Positions 48,640-57,976 of a stretch of 64,000 nt of DNA are shown one piece after another. A model generated the notes under the pieces. It was given only the letters and a program-made list of their open reading frames with translations, did not search any database and was not told the DNA's origin. This DNA comes from a bacterium. GTDB lineage: Bacteria > Oederibacteriota > Muellerivitia > Muellerivitales > Muellerivitaceae. The stretch lies in assembly GCA_035549195.1 (NCBI GenBank), contig DASZRK010000002.1:231655-295654 (forward strand), written 5' to 3'. The translations under genes and the position numbers were made by a program. Each line of letters opens with the position of its first letter. Positions within the stretch are counted from its first letter, which is position 1.

Positions 48640-50160
48640 ATGGACGCATCGAAAGCTTATGAACAACTGCTGGACCGCATGAAGGAGATCGCCCTCTTGG
48701 GCAACACCGCCGGGGTCCTGGGATGGGACCAGGAGGTCTATATGCCCGGGGCCAACGCCCCCTACCGGGCGGAACAACTTTCCCTTCTGGCGGGCATGAT
48801 CCACGCCAAATTCACCGATCCGAAGGTCGGGGAATGGATCGCCCAGGCTTCCTCCTCCAAAGAAATGACCGGGAACCCGGAAAGCAACAGCGCGGTGAAC
48901 TTAAGGGAATGGAAGAAGTCCTATGAACGGTCCACCAAGCTCCCCCAACGGCTGGTGGAGGAGATGACCCGGGTCACCTCCCAGGCCCAGGTGGAATGGG
49001 TCGAGGCCCGCAAGAAGAACGAATTCAAGCGCTTCCAGCCCTGGCTCGACAAGATCATTCCCCTCTGCCAGGAACAGGCCAAGTGCTACGGCTATGAAAA
49101 GCACCCCTACGATGCCCTCTTGGAGGATTACGAACCCGGCCTGACCACGGAGGAACTGGACAGGCTCTTCCCGCCCTTGAAGAAGAAGCTCTCCGACCTG
49201 GTGCAGAAGATCGGGAATTCCAAGAAAAAACCCGACCTTTCCATCCTCAAGCGTCCCTGCCCCATCCCCGCCCAGCAGGCCTTCTGTCGGGAACTTTCCG
49301 AGGGGATCGGGTTCGACTTCGAAAGGGGCCGCATCGACGTGTCCGCCCATCCTTTCACCACCGGCCTGGGGCCCGGGGATACCCGGATCACCACCCGATT
49401 CGAGGAGACCAACTTCGAGAACGCCTTCTTCAGCACCCTGCACGAGGGCGGCCATGGCATCTATGACCAGAACCTGCCTTCCTCGATGGAACTCTACGGG
49501 ACCCCCCGCGCCTCGGCCGTCTCCCTGGGGATCCATGAGTCCCAATCGCGCCTCTGGGAGAACCTGGTGGGCCGCAGCCTGCCTTTCTGGAAACATTTCT
49601 TCCCCCGGTTGAAGAAGGCTTTCCCGGGCACCTTCGACGACCTGACCGTGGAAGCCTTCCACTTCGCCATCAACCACTCGGCGCCTTCCTTCATCCGCAC
49701 CGAATCCGACGAGGTGACCTACAACCTGCACATCTGCCTTCGCTATGACATCGAGGTGGGGCTCATCGGGGGAAAGCTCAAGACCGCGGACATCCCCGCC
49801 GCCTGGAACGAGGCCATGAGGAACTACCTGGGAGTGACGCCGCCGACGGACGCCTTGGGATGCCTGCAGGATGTGCATTGGAGCCACGGGAGCTTCGGGT
49901 ACTTCCCCACCTACACCCTCGGGAACCTCTACTCGGCCCAATTCTTCGCGGCCGCCGACAAGGAACTGGGCGGTTTGGACGCCAAGTTCGAAAAAGGCGA
50001 CTTCGCCCCCTTGAAGGGCTGGTTGAACAAGAAGATCCACGCCCTGGGACAGACCTATCGGGCGGGGGACCTTTGCAAGAAGGTCACCGGCCAGGACCTG
50101 ACCAGCGACTTCTTTTTGGATCATCTCGGGAAAAAGTTCGGCGGTTTATACGGGTTTTGA
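48640..50160 (+). CDS. Metallocarboxypeptidase, peptidase family M32 (carboxypeptidase Taq-like)
   Basis: HEGGHGIYDQ (HExxH), GPGDTRITTRFEE (DxRxT) and DALLEDYEPG; 506 aa. Confidence 0.85.
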   Translation: MDASKAYEQLLDRMKEIALLGNTAGVLGWDQEVYMPGANAPYRAEQLSLLAGMIHAKFTDPKVGEWIAQASSSKEMTGNPESNSAVNLREWKKSYERSTKLPQRLVEEMTRVTSQAQVEWVEARKKNEFKRFQPWLDKIIPLCQEQAKCYGYEKHPYDALLEDYEPGLTTEELDRLFPPLKKKLSDLVQKIGNSKKKPDLSILKRPCPIPAQQAFCRELSEGIGFDFERGRIDVSAHPFTTGLGPGDTRITTRFEETNFENAFFSTLHEGGHGIYDQNLPSSMELYGTPRASAVSLGIHESQSRLWENLVGRSLPFWKHFFPRLKKAFPGTFDDLTVEAFHFAINHSAPSFIRTESDEVTYNLHICLRYDIEVGLIGGKLKTADIPAAWNEAMRNYLGVTPPTDALGCLQDVHWSHGSFGYFPTYTLGNLYSAQFFAAADKELGGLDAKFEKGDFAPLKGWLNKKIHALGQTYRAGDLCKKVTGQDLTSDFFLDHLGKKFGGLYGF

Positions 50161-51891
50161 TCCCGACGCCTTGGCCCTCAGCCCCACCATCGTCACCAGG
50201 ACGATCTCGACCACCACGAAGGTGATGACATAGGGCAGGCCGCCCTTGGAGAAGCCGTAGCTGTGAAGGCCGACCCCCAGCACGAAATTCACCCCGTACC
50301 AGGCCATGAGCACCCCGAGGAAGGCCGACACCACGCCGATGGTGAACCCCACCTCTTTCAGCCAGCCCGCCAGGCGTCCGTGCAGGATGGCCACATAGCC
50401 CAAAAGGGCGATCAGGGCCCAGGTCTCCTTCGGGTCCCAGCCCCAGAACCGGCCCCAGGAATAATTGGCCCAGACGCCGCCCAGGATGGTCCCGGCGGCG
50501 AGCAATACCACCCCGACCTGCACGACCCGGTAAAGAAGCCGGGTCTGTCCTTTGAGCTTTTCCCCGGTCCCTTCCTTCCAGATGGTCCAAAGACAGGCGT
50601 GCCCGATGCCCAGCGACAGGAAGAAGGCCGCGTAGCTCAAGGTGATGGTCAGCACATGGATGGTCAGCCAAAAGTTGCTTCGTAGCACCGGTTCGATGGG
50701 CCCGATGGAAGGGTCCAGGACGGTCGGGACATTGTCCGCCAGGACGAAACCCACCACCGCCAGGATGGAGCCCGCCAGGGAGAAGTACCGCGATCTGAAG
50801 ACCAGCTCGAAGATGAGCGCGAAGATCGTCATGCCGAAGGTCACCCAGATGAGCGATTCGTACATGTTGGAGACCGGGGGCCGGCCCGCGATCAGGCAGC
50901 GCAGGACAAAGCCGTAGCCGCTCATGCCGATGCCCCCCAGGAAGGCCAGGAAACCGGCCCGGAAAAGGACCGGCATGCCCAGCAGGAAGGAGGCCCCGAT
51001 CAAGAGGGCGGCCGCCAAATGGATGATCCAGGCCCATTGGAATGGCTTCAAGGCATTGAAATGGACTTCCCGGGCCAGTTCCCCCCGGGTCGGATAGTCC
51101 GCACCACCCAACTGGGCCAGGACCCCCGCGAGATTCCTGCTGTCGGCGGCAAAGCGCGCCGCGTCCTTGTCGCTCAGGTCGGAAAGAACGTCCGCGAAGG
51201 TGCCGGCGATGGTCATGGCCCCCGCCGGGACATGCCTGGGATCCTGGTGAAAGGCGCGGTTCAGGTCGCCCAAGGTCCCCCACTTCTGGGTCTTGGGATC
51301 GGGGACGGGAATGACGGCCAATGCCTCCCCCGATTTGATGTCCTCGTAGCGCTGGAGCCTTCCGAAGACGGTGAGGGACTCTTTTTCCTTGGGGTCCAGG
51401 GTCATCTTCCGCTGTTGCTTGAGGAAATTGCTCTTGGCATAGGCGATAAACCCCTCATGGTTCACCAGGAACTTGGGACTTACCCGGCGCTGCTCCTTGG
51501 GGACGCCGATGAGGTCCTTCAGTTCCAGGTTGTCGATGAGGATGAAGGGCTTCTCCTCCCAGTCCTTGGGATGGGCGACCCAATCCAGCATCACCGCCAT
51601 GGAACTTTGGCCCTCGAAGGTCTCGTGGCCCGTGACCAGCCGCACGCTTTCCCGGGCGAAGGTATCCAGCGGCTTCTCGCGGCCTCCGGCCTGGATGGGG
51701 ATGAGGGAAAGGGTCCGGTAATCCAGGTCCGCCGCCGAAGCCCGACCCAAGAAAAGGAGCGCGAGCACAAATCCGCCACGAAGGAGCGAAGGAACCAAGG
51801 ATCTCCTTTCGGTCGCCCCAGCCATGGTTCCGTCCATTCTTTCCCGCGCACCTTGATGTCTTCGCGGTGAGATAGCCTTAATTTTGAACAT
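50146..51891 (-). CDS. ccsA: Cytochrome c assembly protein CcsA/ResC (System II) with long N-terminal periplasmic extension
   Basis: WWD/haem-handling motif WANYSWGRFWGWDPKETWALI, 8+ TM segments; overlaps the resB stop by 14 nt. The exact start within the first ~40 codons is uncertain. Confidence 0.75.
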   Translation of the reverse strand: MFKIKAISPRRHQGARERMDGTMAGATERRSLVPSLLRGGFVLALLFLGRASAADLDYRTLSLIPIQAGGREKPLDTFARESVRLVTGHETFEGQSSMAVMLDWVAHPKDWEEKPFILIDNLELKDLIGVPKEQRRVSPKFLVNHEGFIAYAKSNFLKQQRKMTLDPKEKESLTVFGRLQRYEDIKSGEALAVIPVPDPKTQKWGTLGDLNRAFHQDPRHVPAGAMTIAGTFADVLSDLSDKDAARFAADSRNLAGVLAQLGGADYPTRGELAREVHFNALKPFQWAWIIHLAAALLIGASFLLGMPVLFRAGFLAFLGGIGMSGYGFVLRCLIAGRPPVSNMYESLIWVTFGMTIFALIFELVFRSRYFSLAGSILAVVGFVLADNVPTVLDPSIGPIEPVLRSNFWLTIHVLTITLSYAAFFLSLGIGHACLWTIWKEGTGEKLKGQTRLLYRVVQVGVVLLAAGTILGGVWANYSWGRFWGWDPKETWALIALLGYVAILHGRLAGWLKEVGFTIGVVSAFLGVLMAWYGVNFVLGVGLHSYGFSKGGLPYVITFVVVEIVLVTMVGLRAKASGSKPV

Positions 51892-53302
51892 CGTCCGCCT
51901 TCTTTCCCCACGCGGGGTTCTTGAACCAGAACATCAGGATGATCCCCAGCACCATCACCAGGGCGCCGCCGTATTTTAGCCAGAGGCCCGGGTCCATCCC
52001 CACGGAAAAGACCGAGGTGTACTTGCCGTCGGGGCCCTTCTCATAACTGGCTTGATAGACCGTATAGCCCTGGTAATGCAAGGGATGGTTCATGGAGATG
52101 ACGTAGGGCGTCTGCACGCCTTGTTCCGGGTCGATGTAATTGATCTCGCTGGTATAGGACGCGGCCTTCTCCGTCCCCGGGTCGAAACCGACCTCGAAAT
52201 GGGTCAGGTGGATGGCGAACGGAAGGTTCAGCCTTTGGGGTCCATAGGCCATGGAAAAATACCCCTTGTCCGGCAGGAGGAAAGAGACCGGCTGGTCCTG
52301 GTAGCCCAGCCAGCCCTGCTCATGTTCGGCCCCCTTCAGGAACTCATAATGAAGGGCGGGCGTCAGGTCCTTCTGGGAATCCAGGGGCAAGGGCAGGAAG
52401 GTCGATTCCGGTTGGGCCGACGGAAGGAACTCCCGGACCCGGAACTGCATGTCCATCCATCCGGTGGCATAGGCTTGCCCGGGCTGGACCGTTTGAGGGG
52501 CCTGCCACTGGCCGTGGAAACGGGTCTTGAACTTCAATCCGTCCTTGTCCCGGATGACCACCAGGGCATTGGGGGGATAAGGACCAGCCCGGCCTTGGGC
52601 GCCCTTTTTTCCGTCACGGCCCTCGAAATAGACCGAGGCGGGCCCCAGGTCGATCCGGCCGTAATCCGGATGGCCCTGGAAGAGCCAGGTGTCCTGGTGA
52701 ACGAAGGAACTGTCCAATTGGATGTGGACGGCGGGGTATCCCTTTTCGCCGGGCGCGGTAGCACGGCCTTGGGTCGTCCTTTGGGCATTGAGGTAGAACT
52801 GGTCGACCATCAGGAGCCCCCCGCCCTCCACCTGCGTGCGGAAGGGGTGGTCCGGATCGGGCACCCGGAAGGGGAAGGCCGCCGGGATCTTCTCGACCGG
52901 TCCGTCCCCCGATTGGTAGTAAAGGGTGGGCTTGTCCTGCTGGAAGCTGTGCCCTTCCCCGCCTTCCTGCAGGGCGATCTGGCCGTCCAGCCCCCACTGC
53001 TGGGTGGCGAAGGAACCCGCCAGGATGCAGACGATCCCCAAGTGGGTCACCACGAAACCCGTCTGGTATTTTTTCCAGGGGAACCGGGAGAAGGCCGAAC
53101 AGATGAGATTGATGCCCAAGAGGACCAGGAAACTCCCGAACCACCAGGTACCATAAACGAAGCGCTTGGCCACCGCGGTGGAGAAGCGGGATTCGACGAT
53201 CGTGCCCGCCGCCAGAAGGACGGCCAGGACCAGGAGCATGGGGAGGGCCAATTGGACGGAGCCGAGGAAGCGCAGGATCCGGTTCTCTTTGAATGGGTTC
53301 AA
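51878..53302 (-). CDS. ccsB: Cytochrome c biogenesis protein ResB/CcsB (Ccs1)
   Basis: N-terminus LGSVQLALPMLLVLAVLLAAGTIVESRF, a large periplasmic domain, and a C-terminal TM region; gene order resB-ccsA. Confidence 0.7.
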   Translation of the reverse strand: MNPFKENRILRFLGSVQLALPMLLVLAVLLAAGTIVESRFSTAVAKRFVYGTWWFGSFLVLLGINLICSAFSRFPWKKYQTGFVVTHLGIVCILAGSFATQQWGLDGQIALQEGGEGHSFQQDKPTLYYQSGDGPVEKIPAAFPFRVPDPDHPFRTQVEGGGLLMVDQFYLNAQRTTQGRATAPGEKGYPAVHIQLDSSFVHQDTWLFQGHPDYGRIDLGPASVYFEGRDGKKGAQGRAGPYPPNALVVIRDKDGLKFKTRFHGQWQAPQTVQPGQAYATGWMDMQFRVREFLPSAQPESTFLPLPLDSQKDLTPALHYEFLKGAEHEQGWLGYQDQPVSFLLPDKGYFSMAYGPQRLNLPFAIHLTHFEVGFDPGTEKAASYTSEINYIDPEQGVQTPYVISMNHPLHYQGYTVYQASYEKGPDGKYTSVFSVGMDPGLWLKYGGALVMVLGIILMFWFKNPAWGKKADDVQN

Positions 53303-53370
53303 AAGTCTCTCCGTGAGGGCAAAGCCGGTATCTTAGAAGTCCGGCTTTAGGGGGGCAAGGCGTTCGGAAC

Positions 53371-53400
53371 ATAAAAAAGTCCCGCGTTTTGGACGCGCGG
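53371..53400 (-). terminator. Putative intrinsic terminator after the TPR-barrel gene array
   Basis: Minus-strand RNA ...CCGCGcguccaaaaCGCGGgacUUUUUUau, 30 nt after the stop at 53431. Confidence 0.4.
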
Positions 53401-53430
53401 AGCGGAAGAAAGGCTTACGACAAGGAAGGA

Positions 53431-54495
53431 CTAGAAAAAGCGGACACCAACGGTCAGTTCGGGACCTGAAAGATCCAGGGCCCAATCCCCTCCGGCGGCT
53501 TTAGGAATGGTATAGGCGTTCCCTTGGGCTGGCGTAGCGGTGACCGGCGAGATCGAGAGCATTTGATACCCCAGGGAAAGATCCACCGCCCAGCTCTTGC
53601 CGGGATCCATCAGGAGTTCCACTCCCGCGGACAAGGAACCGCCCAGACCGGACCCGGACAAACTGTCCGAATTGCTGGTGGCCGTCGAGGTGACGCTGCT
53701 CCCGATCAAGGTGTAGAAACCCAACTCCAGGCTTCCGAGGAAATTGATGCCGTTGTCGATGGGGATATCGGCCTCGCCGACCGCGGCCAGTCCCAAAGCG
53801 GTTTCATTAAAAGTAATGGTGGTGCCGAGATCGTCGATTTCCTCGGGTTGCTTCATCAAACCGTGGAGCCTTACGCCCACTTGGAAATTCGGCATTACGG
53901 CCAGGGAAGCACCCAGGTCCACCTTCAAGCCCGTGGGCGTCCCCCCGCTCCCGCTTCCATAGAGGTCCTGGATATCCTGCCAACTATCCATCCAAACTCC
54001 CAAATTTCCTTCGATCACCAATCCTCCCTCCTTAGGCAAGTTGGGATTCCGGCCTACCGCCCCAGGTTGCCCCGCCCTATTCCCGGCTGGGGACGCCGCC
54101 AGGTCATTCCCCATCCCGGCCGGTTGGGGCGGGAGTTGGGCCTGGAGGGCTTGGACAAAAGCGGAAAGCTGGGGATTGTTCGGGTTGATCGCCAGGGCCC
54201 TTTGATAACTGGCCAAGGCGCCGGCCTTGTCCCCTTTGGCGTAATAACAGTTGCCCATTCCTTGGTCCGCTTCCCATTTGTTGGGGTTCATTTGGAGGGC
54301 CGCCTGGTAATAACGGATGGCCAGGTCATAGTTTTTCTGGGTATAGAGGGTGTTCCCGGCCTGGTAATAGGCGTTCGACGGATCCTGGGCGAGGACCGGG
54401 ACTGCGGACAAGAACATCAAGACCAGGAAACACCATTGGGGAGTTCTCAATGATCCAACCTTTCCATATCGCGGCCGGGCCTTCATGAGGACCAA
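53431..54495 (-). CDS. Outer-membrane protein: N-terminal TPR repeats + C-terminal small beta-barrel, paralog 1
   Basis: Signal peptide ..CFLVLMFLSAVPVLAQD. TPR segment SNAYYQAGNTLYTQKNYDLAIRYYQAALQMNPNKWEADQGMGNCYYAKGDKAGALASYQRALAINPNNPQL. Pro/Ala/Gly linker, then ~200 aa of alternating beta strands ending ...ELTVGVRFF (C-terminal Phe beta-signal). Confidence 0.65.
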   Translation of the reverse strand: MVLMKARPRYGKVGSLRTPQWCFLVLMFLSAVPVLAQDPSNAYYQAGNTLYTQKNYDLAIRYYQAALQMNPNKWEADQGMGNCYYAKGDKAGALASYQRALAINPNNPQLSAFVQALQAQLPPQPAGMGNDLAASPAGNRAGQPGAVGRNPNLPKEGGLVIEGNLGVWMDSWQDIQDLYGSGSGGTPTGLKVDLGASLAVMPNFQVGVRLHGLMKQPEEIDDLGTTITFNETALGLAAVGEADIPIDNGINFLGSLELGFYTLIGSSVTSTATSNSDSLSGSGLGGSLSAGVELLMDPGKSWAVDLSLGYQMLSISPVTATPAQGNAYTIPKAAGGDWALDLSGPELTVGVRFF

Positions 54496-54588
54496 CGCTT
54501 ACGGCCGCCCATATTCAAAACTTCCATACGCAAAACCCGTCGCCTATTGTGCCCAAGGGATCAAAAAGCACCCAAGGACGGTCCAAGG

Positions 54589-55653
54589 CTAAAAGATGCG
54601 AACTCCCACCGAAAGGCCCGGACCCGAGAAATCCATGCTGGCATCGGACCCGTCGGCATTGGCCAACTTGCCACTGGTACTGCCGACCGTCTCGGTGACC
54701 GGGGAAAGGGAAAGGGCTTGATAACAGAGGGCGATGTCCAAGGCCCAGGTCTTGTTGGGATCCATGAGCAGTTCCACTCCCGCGCTGATCTTCCCTCCGG
54801 GGCCCGAGGCGGCAAGGTCCCCCGTCTCATTGAACACCCCGGATCCGGCCAGGGTGGACCCGATCAATGTGTAGAACCCGGCTTCCAAGGAGCCGAAGAA
54901 ATTGATCCCATCGCCGATGGGAAAAACGCCTTCCCCTTCCAATGCCCCTCCCAAAAGGTTCTCATTGAAGGTGTAGGTCTGAACGGTCCCGTAGTTGACC
55001 TGTTCGGGCTGTTTGAGCATGAATTGCAGTTGGGCCCCGACCTGAATGTTGGGCGAGAAGACATAGGCCGCACCCAACCCCAAGCCTACCCCAAGGGGGG
55101 TCCCTGAAAAAGTGCCTCCCCCTGTTTGTTTCTCGATGTCCGTCCAACTCCCCGCCCAGCTCCACTCGGATGCTTCCAGGACAATATGACCTTCCTTGGG
55201 CAGGTTCCGGTCCATGGCCACCGCGGCCGGTTGGGCCGCCGGATTCCCGGCGGGAGCCGCCGCCAGGTCGTTCCCCATCCCGGCGGGTTGGGCCGGCATC
55301 TGGGCCTGAAGGGATTGGACGAAAGTGGAAAGCTGGGGATTGTTCGGGTTGATGGCCAAGGCCCTTTGATAGCTCGCCAGGGCGTTGGCTTTGTCCCCCT
55401 TGGCGTAATAGCAGTTCCCCATTCCCTGGTCGGCCTGCCAAAAGTTGGGGTTCACTTGGACCGCCGCCTGGTAATAGCGGATGGCTTGGTCATAGCTCTT
55501 CTGGCCGTAGAGAGTGTTCCCGGCTTGGTAATAGGCGTTCGACTGGTCTTGGGCACTGGCCCGAACCGCGACTAAAAACAATAGGGAGGCGAAAAATACC
55601 CGAAATAGCTTCATGACTGAACCTCGGACCGGATGATATGGAACCTTGACCAA
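54589..55653 (-). CDS. Outer-membrane TPR + beta-barrel protein, paralog 2
   Basis: MKLFRVFFASLLFLVAVRASAQD; TPR block near-identical to paralogs 1 and 3; ends ...GLSVGVRIF. Confidence 0.65.
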   Translation of the reverse strand: MVKVPYHPVRGSVMKLFRVFFASLLFLVAVRASAQDQSNAYYQAGNTLYGQKSYDQAIRYYQAAVQVNPNFWQADQGMGNCYYAKGDKANALASYQRALAINPNNPQLSTFVQSLQAQMPAQPAGMGNDLAAAPAGNPAAQPAAVAMDRNLPKEGHIVLEASEWSWAGSWTDIEKQTGGGTFSGTPLGVGLGLGAAYVFSPNIQVGAQLQFMLKQPEQVNYGTVQTYTFNENLLGGALEGEGVFPIGDGINFFGSLEAGFYTLIGSTLAGSGVFNETGDLAASGPGGKISAGVELLMDPNKTWALDIALCYQALSLSPVTETVGSTSGKLANADGSDASMDFSGPGLSVGVRIF

Positions 55654-55710
55654 AAAATTTACGGCAAAATCTGTCCGGGTCCAGGAAAAGATCGCGGACC
55701 CGGACCTGTC

Positions 55711-56610
55711 CTACATATCGAAGCTGACGCCAAACTCGAGGGGGATGAAGGAATAGGTCAGGCCGGGGCCGCCATTCTTCCCGCCGACCATGACCATCTC
55801 ATATTTGACCTCGGCAAAAAAAGCCATGTCAGGACCGCCGGGTATCATGGCTCCACCGCCAAATTGAATGACCGGATCGCTCTCGGATTGGGAATTCGAC
55901 CCACCTCCAGCGGAAAGGAAGGACATCCCGACACCACCTGTCACATAGGGCTTGAACCCTCCCGCATCGAATTTGTATTTCACTGCGGCCGTCAGGTCCA
56001 AGAAATTGTAGGAGAACGATGTGGTAGAGCCCTGAGGGGTCTTGCTAAAGGTGTAATAATCGGCCGAAAGACCCAATCCCAACCCACCGGGCAGAAGATA
56101 AAGTCCCCGGGCCTTGCCGCCGAACCCAAATCCAAAATCAGCACTTGCTCCGCCTGCCGAAGCGCTGGAGGCCAACCCTGCACCTGCTCCGAAATCCAAT
56201 TCCAGGTTCTTCGCGGACGAGGAGGCGGCAGGACCGCCCGCCCCCATCGCAGGCGAAGTACCGTCCATCGGTGAAACCGGGGCAGCCCCGACCTCGGCCT
56301 GGAGGGATTGGACGAAGGTGGAGAGTTGGGGATTGTTCGGGTTGATCGCCAGGGCCTTTTGATAGCTGGCCAGGGCATTGGCCTTGTCCCCCTTGGCGTA
56401 ATAGCAATTCCCCATTCCCTGGTCGGCCTGCCAAAAGTTGGGGTTCACCTGGACCGCCGCCTGGTAATAACGGATGGCTTGGTCGTAGTTCTTCTGGGCA
56501 TAAAGGCCGTTGCCCGCTTGGTAATAGGCGTTGGATTGGTCCTGGGCCCGCACCAGCACCGGCAAAGCCAGTAGGACTAAAAAAAACGAAAATGGGCGGA
56601 AGAATTTCAT
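55711..56610 (-). CDS. Outer-membrane TPR + beta-barrel protein, paralog 3 (shorter barrel)
   Basis: MKFFRPFSFFLVLLALPVLVRAQD; same TPR block; Gly-rich strands; ends ...LEFGVSFDM. Confidence 0.55.
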   Translation of the reverse strand: MKFFRPFSFFLVLLALPVLVRAQDQSNAYYQAGNGLYAQKNYDQAIRYYQAAVQVNPNFWQADQGMGNCYYAKGDKANALASYQKALAINPNNPQLSTFVQSLQAEVGAAPVSPMDGTSPAMGAGGPAASSSAKNLELDFGAGAGLASSASAGGASADFGFGFGGKARGLYLLPGGLGLGLSADYYTFSKTPQGSTTSFSYNFLDLTAAVKYKFDAGGFKPYVTGGVGMSFLSAGGGSNSQSESDPVIQFGGGAMIPGGPDMAFFAEVKYEMVMVGGKNGGPGLTYSFIPLEFGVSFDM

Positions 56611-56767
56611 GGTCTGATCCTTGGTTCAAAAGTGGATGGCCTGGGTGGCCGAGGACGGTCGGCTCCCAAGGGAAGTTCAAGACCGGGTTGGACCTTGTGG
56701 TCAGACAAGGGTCAGGAAGAAGCCCGACAATTATAATGGCACGACCGTCATCTAAGAACCGCCAAGT

Positions 56768-57193
56768 CTAGGGTGGCGGCAGGGGCGGCAGGCCCGGCAA
56801 AGGTGCGTTCAAGGGCCAGGGTGTCGGGGTCGGGACCGGGGTGGGGGTGGGGAAGATCCCCAGCTTGATCCGCAAATTCTGGACGAATCGGGCCAGTTCG
56901 GGATTGTCCGGGTGGTACTTCAGGGCTCTTTCATAGCTCTTGAGGGCTTCTTTGTATTTCTTTTGGTAGTAATAACAGTTCCCCAGTCCCACGTAAGCCT
57001 GCCAACAATCCTCTTTATCGTCGATGGCGGAACTGAAGTAATCCACGGCTAGGTCGTATTTCTCGGTGGCCAGGGCCTTGTTCCCCATCTCCATGTATTC
57101 GGGGTAATGGTCGTTCTGGGCGCACAGGCGTCCCGGCAGGAACGAAAGGACGGCCAGCAGGAAAAGGGAAAGGCTGATCGTTCGGATGGTCAT
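56768..57193 (-). CDS. Secreted TPR-only protein (first gene of the array)
   Basis: MTIRTISLSLFLLAVLSFLPGRLCAQ; 2-3 TPRs (LGNCYYYQKKYKEALKSYERALKYHPDNPELARF); 141 aa. Confidence 0.6.
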   Translation of the reverse strand: MTIRTISLSLFLLAVLSFLPGRLCAQNDHYPEYMEMGNKALATEKYDLAVDYFSSAIDDKEDCWQAYVGLGNCYYYQKKYKEALKSYERALKYHPDNPELARFVQNLRIKLGIFPTPTPVPTPTPWPLNAPLPGLPPLPPP

Positions 57194-57253
57194 AGCGAAG
57201 AGGATTATACCAGCTTCGGGGCCCCTCCTCCCTGACCAAGCTCATGGAACGCG

Positions 57254-57976
57254 CTAAAGAGCTTCGCCTAAATAGGCCGCTTTGACCTTGGGGTCCGAAG
57301 AGATCTTGTCCGCCGGCCCTTCCAGCAGGATGCGCCCCGTTTCCAGTACATAGGCCTGGCGCGAGACCTCCAGGGCCATTTGCGCGTTCTGTTCCACCAG
57401 GAGGATGGTGGTCCCCTCCTGGTTGATCCTTTGGATGGTCTCAAAGATGAGCTCGATGACCTGGGGGGCCAGGCCCAAGGAGGGTTCGTCCAAAAGCAAC
57501 AGCTGGGGCCGGGCCATGAGGGCGCGGCCGATGGCGAGCATCTGCTGCTCCCCGCCGGAGAGCGTTCCGGCCGACTGCTGTTCCCTTTCCTTGAGCCGGG
57601 GGAAAAGCGAATGGACGTGCTCCAGATCGGACCGGATGGCCTTCGTGTCCTTCCGGACGAAGGCGCCCAGGTCCAGGTTCTCGGCCACGGTCAGGTTGGG
57701 GAAGACCCCCCGGCCTTCCGGGCATTGCACGATCCCGGAACGCACCAATTCATGGGGCGCTTGGCCCAGGATCGATCGGCCCTGATAGAGGATCTCCCCT
57801 TCGGCCGGCTTCTTGAGCCCCGAGATGGCCCGAAGGACCGTGGACTTCCCCGCCCCGTTGGCGCCGATGAGGCAGGCGATGGATCCCTTTTCGACCCGCA
57901 AGGTGACCCCATGGAGCGCTTCGATGGAATCGTAGAAGACCGTCAGGTCCCGGATCTCGAGCAAGGTTTCAGGCAT
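57254..57976 (-). CDS. livF: Branched-chain amino-acid ABC transporter ATP-binding protein LivF
   Basis: GANGAGKST, LSGGEQQMLAIGRAL, LLLDEPSLGL, and a characteristic LivF C-terminus; start taken at MPETLLEIRDL. Confidence 0.85.
   Translation of the reverse strand: MPETLLEIRDLTVFYDSIEALHGVTLRVEKGSIACLIGANGAGKSTVLRAISGLKKPAEGEILYQGRSILGQAPHELVRSGIVQCPEGRGVFPNLTVAENLDLGAFVRKDTKAIRSDLEHVHSLFPRLKEREQQSAGTLSGGEQQMLAIGRALMARPQLLLLDEPSLGLAPQVIELIFETIQRINQEGTTILLVEQNAQMALEVSRQAYVLETGRILLEGPADKISSDPKVKAAYLGEAL

Larger units (their letters stand above)
53431..57193 (-). repeat. Tandem array of four paralogous TPR(-barrel) genes with near-identical 5' TPR-coding blocks
   Basis: The about 80-aa TPR block (QDQSNAYYQAGN..YQRALAINPNNPQLSTFVQSLQA) is almost identical at the nucleotide level in copies 1-3. 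The spurious plus-strand ORFs 53524.., 54547.., 55126.. and 56308.. mirror each other. Confidence 0.7.
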
